A stretch of 64,000 bases of DNA from Verrucomicrobiota bacterium. GTDB taxonomy: Bacteria; Verrucomicrobiota; Verrucomicrobiia; Limisphaerales; CANJSG01. This document shows, in pieces, positions 50,455 to 60,524 of this stretch. Within the stretch, counting starts at the first letter, position 1, and each line of letters starts with the position of its first letter. The notes under the pieces are model-generated. The model had not been told where the DNA came from. It searched no databases and saw only the letters and a program-made list of their open reading frames with translations. The position numbers were made by a program, and so were the translations under genes. Where the stretch lies: assembly GCA_038209745.1 (NCBI GenBank), contig JBBQXJ010000003.1, positions 32,001 to 96,000 of the forward strand, written 5' to 3'.

Positions 50455-52080
50455 CTACGGCGTGCGCCGTTTTTCGATGCCAAGTGCCTTGAGCCGTGAA
50501 GCGAGAGTCGTGGGGCGCATGCCGAGCAACTCGGCCGCGCCACCTGGTCCAAAGATCTTCCCTCGGGTGATGGCGAGGGCGGCCTCGATGCTCTCGCGCT
50601 CGCGGCGCTTCAGCTCGTTGCGGGTAGGCACCGGGTCGCCGACGGCGATGGGCTGGGTCGTGTGTCTGGGCATCTCCGGGGACGGCAGATCAAAACGCAG
50701 GGGGCCGCCCTGGGATAGGATCACGGCGCGTTCCGCGGCATTCTGGAGCTCGCGGATGTTGCCCGGCCAATCGTAGGCGCTCAGTTGGTCCACGTGCCCC
50801 TGGGTCAGTCGTGGTGTGGGACGGTTCATCTTGGCGGCGGTTTGACGGACAAAATGGAGGGCGAGCGGCCCGATGTCGTCACGGCGTTCTCGCAAGGCAG
50901 GAACCTCGATCGGGAAGACGCTGAGGCGGTAGAAGAGGTCCTGGCGGAACCGACCGGCATCCACCTCGCTCTTCAGGTTGCGATTGCTGGCAGCGACGAT
51001 GCGGACGTTGATCTTGCGGGGCCGTGTTTCACCGACGCGTTCGATCTCCTGCTCCTGGAGGACACGAAGGAGCTTGGACTGCATGGCGAGCGGCAGCTCC
51101 CCGATTTCATCCAGAAAGAGCGTGCCGCCATCCGCCAGTTCGAAGCGGCCGGGCTTGTCCTTCAAGGCCCCGGTGAACGCGCCCCGTGCGTGGCCGAAGA
51201 ATTCGCTCTCGAACAGGTTCTCGGGAATGGCACCGCAGTTGACCTTGATCAACGGCCGGCCGCGTCTCGGGCTTCGTTCATGGAGGGCGCGGGCGACGAG
51301 TTCTTTGCCGGTGCCGCTTTCGCCGTGGATCAGGACGGCGGCGTCGGTCGGCGCGACGAGTTCAATTTGCTGGAGAACCTTCCTGAGCACGGGGCTTTGT
51401 CCGACGATGTCCCGCGTGCCGAGGGCTTCGGTGACTTCCTCGCGGAGGTAGACGTTCTCCTGTTCGAGCCGCGCCTTGAGCGCCTCGATCTCCTCGAAGG
51501 CGCGCGCATTGGCGATGGCCACGGCGGCATGGTTCGCGAAGCTCTGGAGCCTCTCAAAATCTCCGGGTCGAAAGGCCGTCCGGCTGAACACGCCGAGCAC
51601 CGCCAACGTTTCATCCCGGAAGATCAGCGGATGGCCGGAGAAGGTGATGATCCGCTCCGTGCGCACCCAGTCGGGACGCGCGATCCATGTCGAGTCGTTG
51701 GCCATCTCCGGAATGACGATCGGTTGGCCGGTGGCCGCAATGTGGCCGATCTTGCGGACGCCGATGGGGAACCGGCGGAAATGGCCGTTGAGCCGCGACC
51801 AATCTTCCGACTTGTCGGTGGGGGTGCCGACGCTCGCCACGAGGTGGAGGCACTTTGACTGGTCCGGACATTCGCTCTTGAACCGGCATTCGCCACAGAT
51901 GTCGCCCGGTGCGACGCGCCAGATCCGGACGAGGGCGGCGTCCAGACAGGCTTCGGTCTTGGTTGTGAACCCGCCGCCTGTCATGTCCGCGATGCCCTCG
52001 ACGATTTTCTGGAGGACTGCCGCGACGGACCGCTGCTGGGCGATAGCGAAGATCACCTCGTGCAGGGCATTCATGTTCAT
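50455..52080 (-). CDS. Sigma-54-dependent activator (GAF + AAA+ + Fis HTH; FhlA/HyfR-like)
   Basis: GESGTGKE, ESEFFGH..GAFTGA, FLDEIG, WPGNIRELQN, GAAELLG...TTL.SR. Confidence 0.95.
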   Translation of the reverse strand: MNMNALHEVIFAIAQQRSVAAVLQKIVEGIADMTGGGFTTKTEACLDAALVRIWRVAPGDICGECRFKSECPDQSKCLHLVASVGTPTDKSEDWSRLNGHFRRFPIGVRKIGHIAATGQPIVIPEMANDSTWIARPDWVRTERIITFSGHPLIFRDETLAVLGVFSRTAFRPGDFERLQSFANHAAVAIANARAFEEIEALKARLEQENVYLREEVTEALGTRDIVGQSPVLRKVLQQIELVAPTDAAVLIHGESGTGKELVARALHERSPRRGRPLIKVNCGAIPENLFESEFFGHARGAFTGALKDKPGRFELADGGTLFLDEIGELPLAMQSKLLRVLQEQEIERVGETRPRKINVRIVAASNRNLKSEVDAGRFRQDLFYRLSVFPIEVPALRERRDDIGPLALHFVRQTAAKMNRPTPRLTQGHVDQLSAYDWPGNIRELQNAAERAVILSQGGPLRFDLPSPEMPRHTTQPIAVGDPVPTRNELKRRERESIEAALAITRGKIFGPGGAAELLGMRPTTLASRLKALGIEKRRTP

Positions 52081-52091
52081 GCTGTTAAAAG

Positions 52092-52172
52092 CTACGTAGG
52101 TTCGTAAACGAGGCGACTAAATTTCGTAGTCTACGAACTGTCGTAGTGGATGGGACGGCGACGATTTTGTAG
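52092..52172. promoter_or_regulatory. Repeated palindromic upstream activator sites
   Basis: CTACGT-AGGT-TCGTAA (52092), CGACTA-AATT-TCGTAG (52114), perfect CTACGA-ACTG-TCGTAG (52131), degenerate CGACGA-TT-TTGTAG (52159). Confidence 0.7.
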
Positions 52173-52213
52173 AAAAGCCAATGATCCCAACATTTTCAGC
52201 GCGCGCGAAGGGC

Positions 52214-52228
52214 TGGCACAACTCATGT
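52214..52228 (+). promoter_or_regulatory. Sigma-54 -24/-12 promoter candidate
   Basis: TGGCAC-AACTC-ATGT versus consensus TGGCAC-N5-TTGC; -12 element imperfect; about 60 nt upstream of the AhpD-like gene. Confidence 0.6.
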
Positions 52229-52290
52229 GATAGGGGGGGGAGTAGTGCTGCACACCGCAGCGATGAACCAGAAAACGAAAGCAACATATC

Positions 52291-52872
52291 ATGAATCGCA
52301 TCGCCCAACTCGATCCCGCCCAGACTTCCGGCAAGGCCCAGCAGCTCTTCACTGCCGTCCAAGCCAAGCTCGGGATCGTCCCCAACCTCGTCCGGGTTCT
52401 CGGTAATTCCCCGGCCGCTCTTGAATCGTATCTGGGCTTCAGCGGTGCGCTCGCTGGCGGAGTGCTCAGCGCCCGGATCCGGGAGCAGATCTCTCTCGTC
52501 GTCGCGGAGACAAATCTCTGCGGCTACTGCCTCAGCGCCCACACCTACCTCGGGTCCAAGCTGGGTCTGAGCGAAGCCGAGATCGCAGGCGCCCGCCGCG
52601 CCACCGCCACGCCCGTTCGGGACGACGCCGTTTTGAAGTTGGCCCGCGCCATCGTCCTACAACGTGGAGAAATCTCCGACGCCGATCTCGCGGCCGCGAA
52701 GGGTGCCGGCTTGAACGACGCCGAGCTCGTCGAGGTCGTCGCCAACGTCTCACTCAACATCTTCACGAACTACCTGAACCATGTGGCCCGCACCGTGGTG
52801 GACTTTCCGGAAGTGAAGCCCGGCGCGACCGAACCCGCCTCCGGCGCCGACGGTAGCAGCGGTGCGCATTGA
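52291..52872 (+). CDS. Carboxymuconolactone decarboxylase / AhpD-like peroxidase
   Basis: LG.VPNL, E.N.CGYCLSAH (CxxC), TNY.NH...T.VDFP. Confidence 0.9.
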   Translation: MNRIAQLDPAQTSGKAQQLFTAVQAKLGIVPNLVRVLGNSPAALESYLGFSGALAGGVLSARIREQISLVVAETNLCGYCLSAHTYLGSKLGLSEAEIAGARRATATPVRDDAVLKLARAIVLQRGEISDADLAAAKGAGLNDAELVEVVANVSLNIFTNYLNHVARTVVDFPEVKPGATEPASGADGSSGAH

Positions 52873-52974
52873 GATTCTACGGGATCCGGGAGTGGCGCGG
52901 CTAGCTGGCCTGCTGCCCCGGGTCCGTCCCCCGTTCTTCCCGTTGCCAGATTCCTTTTCCCCAGAGCCAACATC

Positions 52975-53406
52975 ATGACCACTCGTCCTCCGCTGCCGCC
53001 CTTCACCGAGGAAAGCGCGCGCCAAAAGATCCGGGCCGCCGAAGACGCCTGGAACAGCCGCGATCCGGAACGCGTCGCTCTCGCCTACACCGAAGATTCC
53101 CATTGGCGGAACCGGTCCGACTTCCTTACTGGCCGCGCCGAGATCGTCGCCTTTCTCCGCGTCAAATGGGCGCGGGAACTCGACTATCGTTTGCGCAAGG
53201 AACTGTGGGCCTTCACCGGCCACCGCATCGCGGTGCGGTTCGAATACGAATTCCACGATGTCCAAGGGGGTTGGTACCGCGCCTACGGCAACGAGAACTG
53301 GGAATTCGCCGCGAACGGTCTCATGCAGCGTCGGTTCGCCAGCATCAACGACGTCGCCATCGCGGAGGCCGACCGCAAGTTCCGGTGGGAACGTCCCGCC
53401 GCCTGA
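52975..53406 (+). CDS. DUF1348 (NTF2/SnoaL-like) protein
   Basis: [45 protein letters not shown]. Confidence 0.92.
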   Translation: MTTRPPLPPFTEESARQKIRAAEDAWNSRDPERVALAYTEDSHWRNRSDFLTGRAEIVAFLRVKWARELDYRLRKELWAFTGHRIAVRFEYEFHDVQGGWYRAYGNENWEFAANGLMQRRFASINDVAIAEADRKFRWERPAA

Positions 53407-53437
53407 AACACGACACTCCCCTCAACCCTCCTGCGAC

Positions 53438-54040
53438 ATGGCCGCACAATACCTCCAAACCCTGTTCACTCCCGCGGTTCAAGCCGCGCAGGCCCGCTAT
53501 TTCGGTCGCGAACAACCCGTCCCGCCGCAAACAGCCCATGATCCTTTGGGCGCCGAGGAAACGGAGTTCATCGACCGGCGAGACAGCTTCTATCTCGCGT
53601 CCGTGTCCGAATCGGGCTGGCCCTACATCCAGCATCGCGGCGGCAAGCCGGGGTTTCTGCATGTGGTCGATCCGTCGACGCTGGCCTTCGCCGACTATCG
53701 CGGGAACCGACAGATGCTCTCGACCGGCAACGTCTCCGCCAACAGCCGCGTCGCGCTGTTTCTCATGGACTACCCACGCCGCGAACGTCTCAAGGTTCTG
53801 GGCCACGCCCGAGTGGAAGATGCGCGGGAGCACCCGGAGCTGGTGGCGCGATTCGCGGAGCCCGATGTCCAGCGCATCACCGAGCGGATCTACTTCGTCG
53901 ACGTGCTGTCGTTCGACTGGAACTGCCCGCAATACATCACGCCACGCTACACCGAAGCCGAAGTCCGCGAAGCCCTCGCCCCGCTCCGGGCCCGCGTCTC
54001 CGAACTCGAGGCCCGGCTTGCCGCCGTCAACGCCCGATGA
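53438..54040 (+). CDS. Pyridoxamine 5'-phosphate oxidase-like FMN-binding protein
   Basis: GWPYIQHRGG.PGFL, FADYRGNRQ, LFLMDYP...RLK, FDWNCPQYITPR. Confidence 0.9.
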   Translation: MAAQYLQTLFTPAVQAAQARYFGREQPVPPQTAHDPLGAEETEFIDRRDSFYLASVSESGWPYIQHRGGKPGFLHVVDPSTLAFADYRGNRQMLSTGNVSANSRVALFLMDYPRRERLKVLGHARVEDAREHPELVARFAEPDVQRITERIYFVDVLSFDWNCPQYITPRYTEAEVREALAPLRARVSELEARLAAVNAR

Positions 54041-54043
54041 AAC

Positions 54044-56734
54044 TCAGGGCGTGGATTTCCGCCCCCGGGCCATCGCCTCGATGTGGCGGACGACGAGGGC
54101 GGTCCAGCCGGTCTGGTGGCTTGAGCCGAGGCCCTTGCCGGTGTCCGCGTGGAAGTATTCGTGGAAGAGCAGGAGATCCTTCCAGGCTGGATCGGTGTCG
54201 AAGCGCTTGTCGCCGCCGAAGCAGGGCCGGTTGCCGTTCTCGTCCGGCAGGAAGAGTCCGACCAGCCGCTTCTCGAGCTCACGCGCGGCGGCTTTGAGGC
54301 TCACCCTGTTGCCCGAGCCGGTGGGCAGCTCCACCTGGATCTCGTCGCCGTAGAACCGGTGGTAGCGCTCCAGCGCCTCGATCAGAAGGTAGGTGGTGGG
54401 GAACCAGATGGGGCCGCGCCAGTTGGAGTTGCCGCCGAAGAGCCAGGTGTTGGATTCGCCGGGCGCGTAGTCTACCCGGTGCTGTTCGCCGCCGATCTCG
54501 AAGACGAAGGGGTTCTTTTCATGGTAGCGGGAGAGGGAGCGCACGCCGTAGGGGGAGAGGAACTCGGACTCGTCGAAGAGATACTTCAGGACCGACTCAA
54601 GCCGTTCCTTGGTGGGGATGGAGAGGAGCAGGCCGGTGCCCTTCTTCGCGCCGCAGCTGCTGAAACGGCCGAGGTCGGAACGGTAGCGATGGAACCATTG
54701 GAAGCGCTTGTAGAAGCCGGGCAGCGTCTTGATCCGCTCTTCGTCGAAAACCTCCACGGCGATGAGGGGCAGCAGGCCGACCAGGGAACGGGTGCGCAGG
54801 GGAATGGTGTTCCCGTCCATCACGAGCTGGTCGTAGTAGAACCCGTCCTGCTCGTCCCAGAGACCGGTGCCGCCCGCCTGGTTGATCGCGTCGGCGATCT
54901 GCACGAAGTGCTCGAGGAACTTGGACGCCATGTCCTCGTAGGCGCGGTTGACCTTGCCGTCTTCCCCGTGGGCCAGCTCGATGGCCATCGCGAGCATGGT
55001 GGCGCAGTAGAAGGCCATCCACGCGGTGCCGTCCGCCTGGAGCAGCGAGCCGCCCATGGGCAGGGGCTTGGAGCGGTCGAAGACGCCGATGTTGTCCAGG
55101 CCGAGGAAGCCGCCGGCGAAGAGGTTCTTGCCGCTGGCGTCCTTGCGGTTGACCCACCAGGTGAAGTTCAGCAGCAGCTTCTGGAAGACGCGCTCCAGGA
55201 ACTCGCGGTCGCGCTGGCCGGCGGCGTCGGCGATCTTGTAGACGCGCCAAGCGGCCCAGGCGTGGACCGGTGGATTCACGTCGCCAAAGGCGAACTCGTA
55301 GGCGGGGAGCTGGCCGTTCGGGTGCATATACCACTCGCGCAACATGAGGAGCAGCTGCTCCTTGGCGAAATGGGGATCCATCCTTGCGAACGGGATCATG
55401 TGGAACGCGGTGTCCCACGCGGCGAACCAGGGGTACTCCCACTTGTCGGGCATCGAGATGATGTCGCGGCTGAAGAGGTGGCGCCACTCGCTGTTGCGAC
55501 CATGCTTCCGGCCTTCCGGGGGCTCGGGCATGGAAGGGTCGCCGTTGAGCCAGTCCTCGATGATGATGTGGTAGAACTGCTTGGTCCAACAGAGCCCGGC
55601 ATAGGCCTGCCGCACGACGCGGCGCTCGTCGTCGGTCATCGGACCGGTCTCCAGCGAATCGTAGTAGGCGTCCGCGTCGCTGCGGCACTGGTCCACGATG
55701 GCGTCGAACTTATGGGCGACGAGGCCGGGGTCGGCCTCGCCCTTGCCGAAGAGGCGGACGCGGACGACGACCTCTTCGCCCGGCGCGAGCTCGAATTCGT
55801 AGTGGGGCGCGGCCTTGGTGCCGATCTCCTTGGGGTTCACGGCCCCGGTCTTGCGGTGGATGACGGCGTCGTGGAACGCGTCCTTGACCCAGCGCCAGGG
55901 GTTGGGCGTGCCGTAGAGGCGCTCGAAGTTCGTCTCGTTGTCCGTGACGTAGAGAGGGGGCTGGACGCCTCCGGGCAGGGGCGAATACTCGAACCAGAAA
56001 GGCTCGAGCGTCTCGTGGGTCAAGGAGAGCCGGCCGGGGATGTGGCGGGCGATGCGGGGCTTCAACGTGCCGGCCTCGTGCTGCGTGCCCCAGACCCAGG
56101 TGTTGCGGAACCAGACGGTCGGCAGCACGTGGATGGGCGCGGCTTTGGGCCCGCGGTTGGTGATCTTGATCCGGATCAGGACGTCGTTCGGGGACGCCTT
56201 GGCGAACTCCGTCTGCACGTCGAAGAAGCGGTTGCCCTTGAAGATGCCGGTGTCCGCGAGCTCGAACTCGGGTTCGTCACGGGTCCGGCCCCGGTTTTCC
56301 TCCACCAGCCGCGCATAGGGGAACTCCGCCTGCGGGTAGCGGTAGAGCGCCTTCATGTAGGAGTGCGTGGGCGTGGAGTCGAGGTAGAAGTATTCCTCCT
56401 TCACGTCCTCGCCGTGGTTGCCCTCGGGACCGGACAGGCCGAAGAGGCGCTCCTTGAGGATCGGGTCCTTGCCGTTCCACAGGGCGACGGCGAAGCAGAG
56501 ACGGCATTCGCGGTCGGACAACCCCATCAGCCCGTCCTCGCCCCAGCGATACGCGCGGCTGCGGGCGTGTTCGTGGGGAAAGTAATCCCAGCAGGTGCCA
56601 TCGCCGGAATAGTCCTCGCGGACGGTGCCCCACTGGCGCTCGGAGAGATACGGACCCCAGCGCTTCCAGTTGCGGCGGCGGAGGGCGTCTTCGGTCAGGC
56701 GGAGGGCTTCGGCTGTGATGGGCTTTTTTGGCAT
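54044..56734 (-). CDS. Glycoside hydrolase, GH63 / MGH1-like glucosidase
   Basis: WGPYLSERQWGTVREDYS, SMPDKWEYPWFAAWD, GGFLGLDNI, FHEYFH.D.G.GLG.SHQTGWT. Confidence 0.93.
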   Translation of the reverse strand: MPKKPITAEALRLTEDALRRRNWKRWGPYLSERQWGTVREDYSGDGTCWDYFPHEHARSRAYRWGEDGLMGLSDRECRLCFAVALWNGKDPILKERLFGLSGPEGNHGEDVKEEYFYLDSTPTHSYMKALYRYPQAEFPYARLVEENRGRTRDEPEFELADTGIFKGNRFFDVQTEFAKASPNDVLIRIKITNRGPKAAPIHVLPTVWFRNTWVWGTQHEAGTLKPRIARHIPGRLSLTHETLEPFWFEYSPLPGGVQPPLYVTDNETNFERLYGTPNPWRWVKDAFHDAVIHRKTGAVNPKEIGTKAAPHYEFELAPGEEVVVRVRLFGKGEADPGLVAHKFDAIVDQCRSDADAYYDSLETGPMTDDERRVVRQAYAGLCWTKQFYHIIIEDWLNGDPSMPEPPEGRKHGRNSEWRHLFSRDIISMPDKWEYPWFAAWDTAFHMIPFARMDPHFAKEQLLLMLREWYMHPNGQLPAYEFAFGDVNPPVHAWAAWRVYKIADAAGQRDREFLERVFQKLLLNFTWWVNRKDASGKNLFAGGFLGLDNIGVFDRSKPLPMGGSLLQADGTAWMAFYCATMLAMAIELAHGEDGKVNRAYEDMASKFLEHFVQIADAINQAGGTGLWDEQDGFYYDQLVMDGNTIPLRTRSLVGLLPLIAVEVFDEERIKTLPGFYKRFQWFHRYRSDLGRFSSCGAKKGTGLLLSIPTKERLESVLKYLFDESEFLSPYGVRSLSRYHEKNPFVFEIGGEQHRVDYAPGESNTWLFGGNSNWRGPIWFPTTYLLIEALERYHRFYGDEIQVELPTGSGNRVSLKAAARELEKRLVGLFLPDENGNRPCFGGDKRFDTDPAWKDLLLFHEYFHADTGKGLGSSHQTGWTALVVRHIEAMARGRKSTP

Positions 56735-57005
56735 GTCTGAAGGGGCTGGGCGGACTCGGAGCGGGCACCGGATTGGGGCTTGAATGCGATGCGCGTGATT
56801 GAAACGGCAAGGCTTCCCGGGCTTCAAGGATTGGACATCACTTTATTGTCGGAAGAAACAGGCCGGTCCCTGACCGAGCCGCTGAGAAAAGACCGCCTCC
56901 CGCCGCGGTTAAGGGTTGAGCGCTGGGCCTGTTCAACTCCCTCCGCCCGTGGACATCCTTTTGGAACGCTCCAGCAACGAGACGGATTGGTTCTCGGCCA
57001 TTGCG

Positions 57006-57218
57006 CTAGAGTTCGTCTTCCCGCTCCGCGTAGAAGAGCTGCCACGCTCGATCATAATCGGCCTCCGGGACGAGGACATGGGCGCGGCGGGCGAGATCCC
57101 CTTCATCGTCGGGCAGGGACGGATCCTCCCATTCCTGGCGTCCGATGATCCCGTGCTTCTCCAGCATCATCAGCAGCATCTCCGTGTTGATCACGGGGCC
57201 GGTGTAGAAGGGTTTCAC
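57006..57218 (-). CDS. Small hypothetical protein (DUF2007-like layout)
   Basis: GTG start; KPFYTGPVINTEMLLMMLEKHGI...VLVPEADYDRA. Confidence 0.55.
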   Translation of the reverse strand: MKPFYTGPVINTEMLLMMLEKHGIIGRQEWEDPSLPDDEGDLARRAHVLVPEADYDRAWQLFYAEREDEL

Positions 57219-57274
57219 GGCGCGATCATGCTGCGGGTTGCTCGTCGGACAAGCCCGGAGGGTCGATCCGGGGA

Positions 57275-58099
57275 TCAGGCCCGGGGGCGGCGGACCACAA
57301 GGGCAAAGCCGGTCAATCCAGTGAGGACAAGGGCCCAGGACCCGGGTTCGGGCACCGCGATGATGCTGTCGAGACCCGCGCTGGGGCCCGCCGTCGACGG
57401 ACCGCTTTCGCTCAGCCAGACGGTGTTCCACCGCTTGGGGTTGGACCCGTCCATGCCCGACTGGTTGAGGCTCAATCCGATATTCTGCAGGCCGGCGACT
57501 TGGAAAAAGGAGGATGCCGAAGCGCTCTTGATGAAGACACTGGCCGAACCCTGGCCGGAATTGGCCGAGAGGTTGAGCGTCATTCGCACGGTTCCCCAGG
57601 TGGCGGTGTCGAAGGCGTATGCGGCCGAAGTGCCCGAGCCGCCGTTGACCGAGAGCTGGAGGGTCACATTGCCCGAGCCGCTGTCGCTCGTCCGCAATCC
57701 CAGCCCCCACTGGGAAAGAGGATCCGCGTTCACGTCCAAGTGTCCGGTGGAGTTGTCCCAGCCGAGACCGGCCGTCACTCCAGGACTGTTCCCGACATAG
57801 AAATTATACTGGAGGACCACGGTCTCGGATCCGGTCAAGCCGCCGAACTGGCCGACCGCCCACGCTGTCGCCGTCGATGCCACCGTGCCGTAGCCGGCAT
57901 ACTGGCTGCCGTTCAGTCCACCAGAAGAGACCTGGATGCCGCCCGGGTTCGCGCTCCAGACCGATTGGCCGTTCAGATCCGAACCGGCGGTGTAGCCCGA
58001 GTCGAAGTCGAACGTGACGGCCCGTGCCGGGAGCGCGGCGAGCAAGCCCGTGGTGACCATCCCGGCGATCTTGGCAGCGGCTTTGGACGACATAGACAT
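57275..58099 (-). CDS. PEP-CTERM sorting-domain protein
   Basis: Signal peptide; LNGQ..W; C-terminal VPEPGSWAL, TM and RRPR. Confidence 0.88.
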   Translation of the reverse strand: MSMSSKAAAKIAGMVTTGLLAALPARAVTFDFDSGYTAGSDLNGQSVWSANPGGIQVSSGGLNGSQYAGYGTVASTATAWAVGQFGGLTGSETVVLQYNFYVGNSPGVTAGLGWDNSTGHLDVNADPLSQWGLGLRTSDSGSGNVTLQLSVNGGSGTSAAYAFDTATWGTVRMTLNLSANSGQGSASVFIKSASASSFFQVAGLQNIGLSLNQSGMDGSNPKRWNTVWLSESGPSTAGPSAGLDSIIAVPEPGSWALVLTGLTGFALVVRRPRA

Positions 58100-58171
58100 T
58101 GCCGGCTCATCGGCGCTCTCCAGTGCGACCTTTAGTCGTCCGGATCAAAATCCGGGCAACCTCCGTCGGAA

Positions 58172-59098
58172 TCACTTCGCGACGGCCGCCTTGCGGATCT
58201 CGGCGATGAGCTCGCCCGGGGTCCATTTGTTCTCGGGGATGATCGCCTGCACGCGGCCGGCGGCGTCGATGACCACGGTGCGCAGGTTGTGTCTGATGGT
58301 GTTGTCGACCCGCCAGAACGTGAGGCCCACGCGGTCGCCCAGCGCCGTGATGTCCCGGAGCGAGCCGGTGAGCAGGCTCCAATGGGCGGGATTGTTCCTG
58401 TGGCGAAGTCCGTAGGCCTCCAGCACCGCCGGAGTGTCGGTCCCGGGATCCATCGTCACGGACCAGAGCGACCAGTTCTTCGGCGCCGCCGGATCTTTCA
58501 GCAGGGCCGCCTGCACCGCTTCAAAATTGTCGGACATCCGCGGGCAGAACGTGGGGAAGGGACAGCTGGTGAAGATGAACGTGATGGCGACGGCCCGACC
58601 CTTCAGGGCGGCCAGGTTCACGGTCTGGCCGAGCTGGTTCGTCAGCACACAGTCCGGCACCAGGTCGCCCACCCGGAGCTCCTCCGAGGCGTGGACCGTG
58701 CGGACGCCCGCCTTCTCCTCCTGCGTCGGCTCTTCCCCCACCTTCTTGACCTTCTCGATCCAGCCGTCGTTCCCGGTGTCCACCAGGTTGAAGGTGACGA
58801 CGTCGCGCGGCTTGAGCCCGGCCAACCCGTTCGTCGGGCGGACGGTGAAGGGCATGGTCATGGCCTGCATGTAGCCGGGGATCTCCTCGTGCCGGATGCG
58901 GGCTTCGGTTCGATCTTCGGCGATCTCGACGATGACGCCCTTGACCTGGAATTCCTTGCGGCCGGCCGTCGTGGATTCCGGCGTCTTCTCCGAGGAACTG
59001 CAACCGGCCAAGCCCAGCCAGCCGGCGGAGAGGAGCGCGATCAATCTCAGGGACAGGCCGGATCCGGCCACGGACAGCATCGAGGACACAATTCGCAT
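58172..59098 (-). CDS. CusF-like copper-binding domain fused to a SCO family domain, lipoprotein
   Basis: LAGC lipobox; HEEIPGYMQAMTMPF; FIFTSCPFPTFCP; HNLRT. Confidence 0.88.
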   Translation of the reverse strand: MRIVSSMLSVAGSGLSLRLIALLSAGWLGLAGCSSSEKTPESTTAGRKEFQVKGVIVEIAEDRTEARIRHEEIPGYMQAMTMPFTVRPTNGLAGLKPRDVVTFNLVDTGNDGWIEKVKKVGEEPTQEEKAGVRTVHASEELRVGDLVPDCVLTNQLGQTVNLAALKGRAVAITFIFTSCPFPTFCPRMSDNFEAVQAALLKDPAAPKNWSLWSVTMDPGTDTPAVLEAYGLRHRNNPAHWSLLTGSLRDITALGDRVGLTFWRVDNTIRHNLRTVVIDAAGRVQAIIPENKWTPGELIAEIRKAAVAK

Positions 59099-59179
59099 GG
59101 CCGTAAAAATGGGCCGCAACCGCGTGGGCCGCAAGCCGGTGGACTTGCTTCCGTCTTCCCGCTCGGGTTACCTGCACCC

Positions 59180-59611
59180 ATGCCCGCCGCGTCGCGCCCC
59201 AGCCAGAGCGCCGAGGACTACCTCGAACGAATCCACGAGCTCATCGAGGAGAAGGGCTATGCCCGCGTGGTCGACATCGCGTCGTCGCTCAACGTCCGCC
59301 AGGCCTCCGTCACCAGCATGGTCCAGAAGCTCGACGAGATGGGCTACCTCAACTACGTGAAATATCGTGGTCTCGTCCTCACCGACAGCGGCCGCGACGT
59401 GGCGACGATGATCCAGCAGCGGCACGAAACCCTTTCCCGGTTCTTCTCCCTCTTCGGCATCGATCCCGAGACGCAGCGCCGCGACATCGAGGGCATCGAG
59501 CACCACCTCAGTCCCGAGACGGTCGAGGTGCTTTCGGACCTGGCCGGCTTCTTCGAAAAGAATCTCCCGGTTCTGCAGAAGTTCCGCAAATCCCGTCCCG
59601 ATTCCCGATGA
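59180..59611 (+). CDS. DtxR/MntR family metal-dependent regulator
   Basis: EDYLERIHELI.EKGYARVVDIA, SVTSMVQKL, DIEGIEHHLS. Confidence 0.92.
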   Translation: MPAASRPSQSAEDYLERIHELIEEKGYARVVDIASSLNVRQASVTSMVQKLDEMGYLNYVKYRGLVLTDSGRDVATMIQQRHETLSRFFSLFGIDPETQRRDIEGIEHHLSPETVEVLSDLAGFFEKNLPVLQKFRKSRPDSR

Positions 59612-59991
59612 GCGCCGCCCTGCCGCCCGACTGGAACACCCTTCTGCGATTGGCCCGGGCCGAAGTGAAGCGCACCCAGGCCGAGCTGCCCGAAGCCCTG
59701 CGTGATCCCGCCGCCTCCCTGCCCGTGGTCTACGAGACCATCCCATCGGCCGACCTCGCCGAGGACGGCATCGAAGCCGACACCCTTGGTCTCTTCAGCG
59801 GCGATCCGCTCCATGAGGCGGGCCAGTCGCCCCTCCCGGCCCACGTCACCCTGTTCCTGGAGAACATCTGGGACTTCGCCGGCCACGATTTGGAGATCTT
59901 CCGCGACGAGGTGCGCATCACCTACGTCCACGAACTCGGCCACTATCTCGGACTGGACGAGGACGATCTGGACGAGCGGGGCCTGCTCTGA
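59608..59991 (+). CDS. Minimal zincin-like metallopeptidase family protein
   Basis: LGLF.G, TLF..NI, EVRITYVHELGHYLGLDE. Confidence 0.88.
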   Translation: MSAALPPDWNTLLRLARAEVKRTQAELPEALRDPAASLPVVYETIPSADLAEDGIEADTLGLFSGDPLHEAGQSPLPAHVTLFLENIWDFAGHDLEIFRDEVRITYVHELGHYLGLDEDDLDERGLL

Positions 59992-60199
59992 GTTGGAACG
60001 ATGCCGGGAGGATGGGGGAGCGCTCCTCGCCGGGCGCAATGGACCGCGCCCTCTCGGTCCACTGGAGGTGCAGGAAACGATTCAACGCCGGGTGGGTCCC
60101 GATGCGGTCGTGTCCGGCGCGGAGCCCGCCCGTCGGCATCCGGGATGGCTGCGATTCCCTTTTATTTCCGCTGCTTCGTTCCGGCTGAGTTGGGAAGAA

Positions 60200-60524
60200 A
60201 TCCCACTTCTGGGGCGTCGCCAACGGGGCCGACCCGTTTGTGATCGACCAGATCCGGAACCAGTTTCTCTTCGCCGCCGGTCCGGAAGCGAACGAGCTCT
60301 TCAACAACGACGCCCAGGGCATCCTGAGCGGCAAGACGTCCGTGGACGACATTCGCTCCCGGGCCCAGCGCGCAGCCAACGAGATGCGCAAGCTCCAGAG
60401 GGAACTTGGCGGCGAGAGCGATCCGGTCGATGGCTATCTGTCCATACTGGACCATTTCCTGTCGAAGACCGGGTCCCTGGCGCCCACGACGAAAGCGTCA
60501 GCGCGCGTGTTGAAGAGCCGGTGA
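60200..60524 (+). pseudogene. Probable C-terminal fragment of a hypothetical protein
   Basis: Protein-like helical stretch IDQIRNQFL.AAGPEANE...DGYLSILDHFL; upstream in-frame stop near 60186; no clear start context. Confidence 0.35.

Noticed and set aside
54149..56740. 863-aa antisense ORF (likewise 1697-3553, 25608-27761, 27945-30146, 43928-46006, 60808-63456)
   Set aside because: Expected stop-free antisense frames of high-GC genes; no recognisable motifs.
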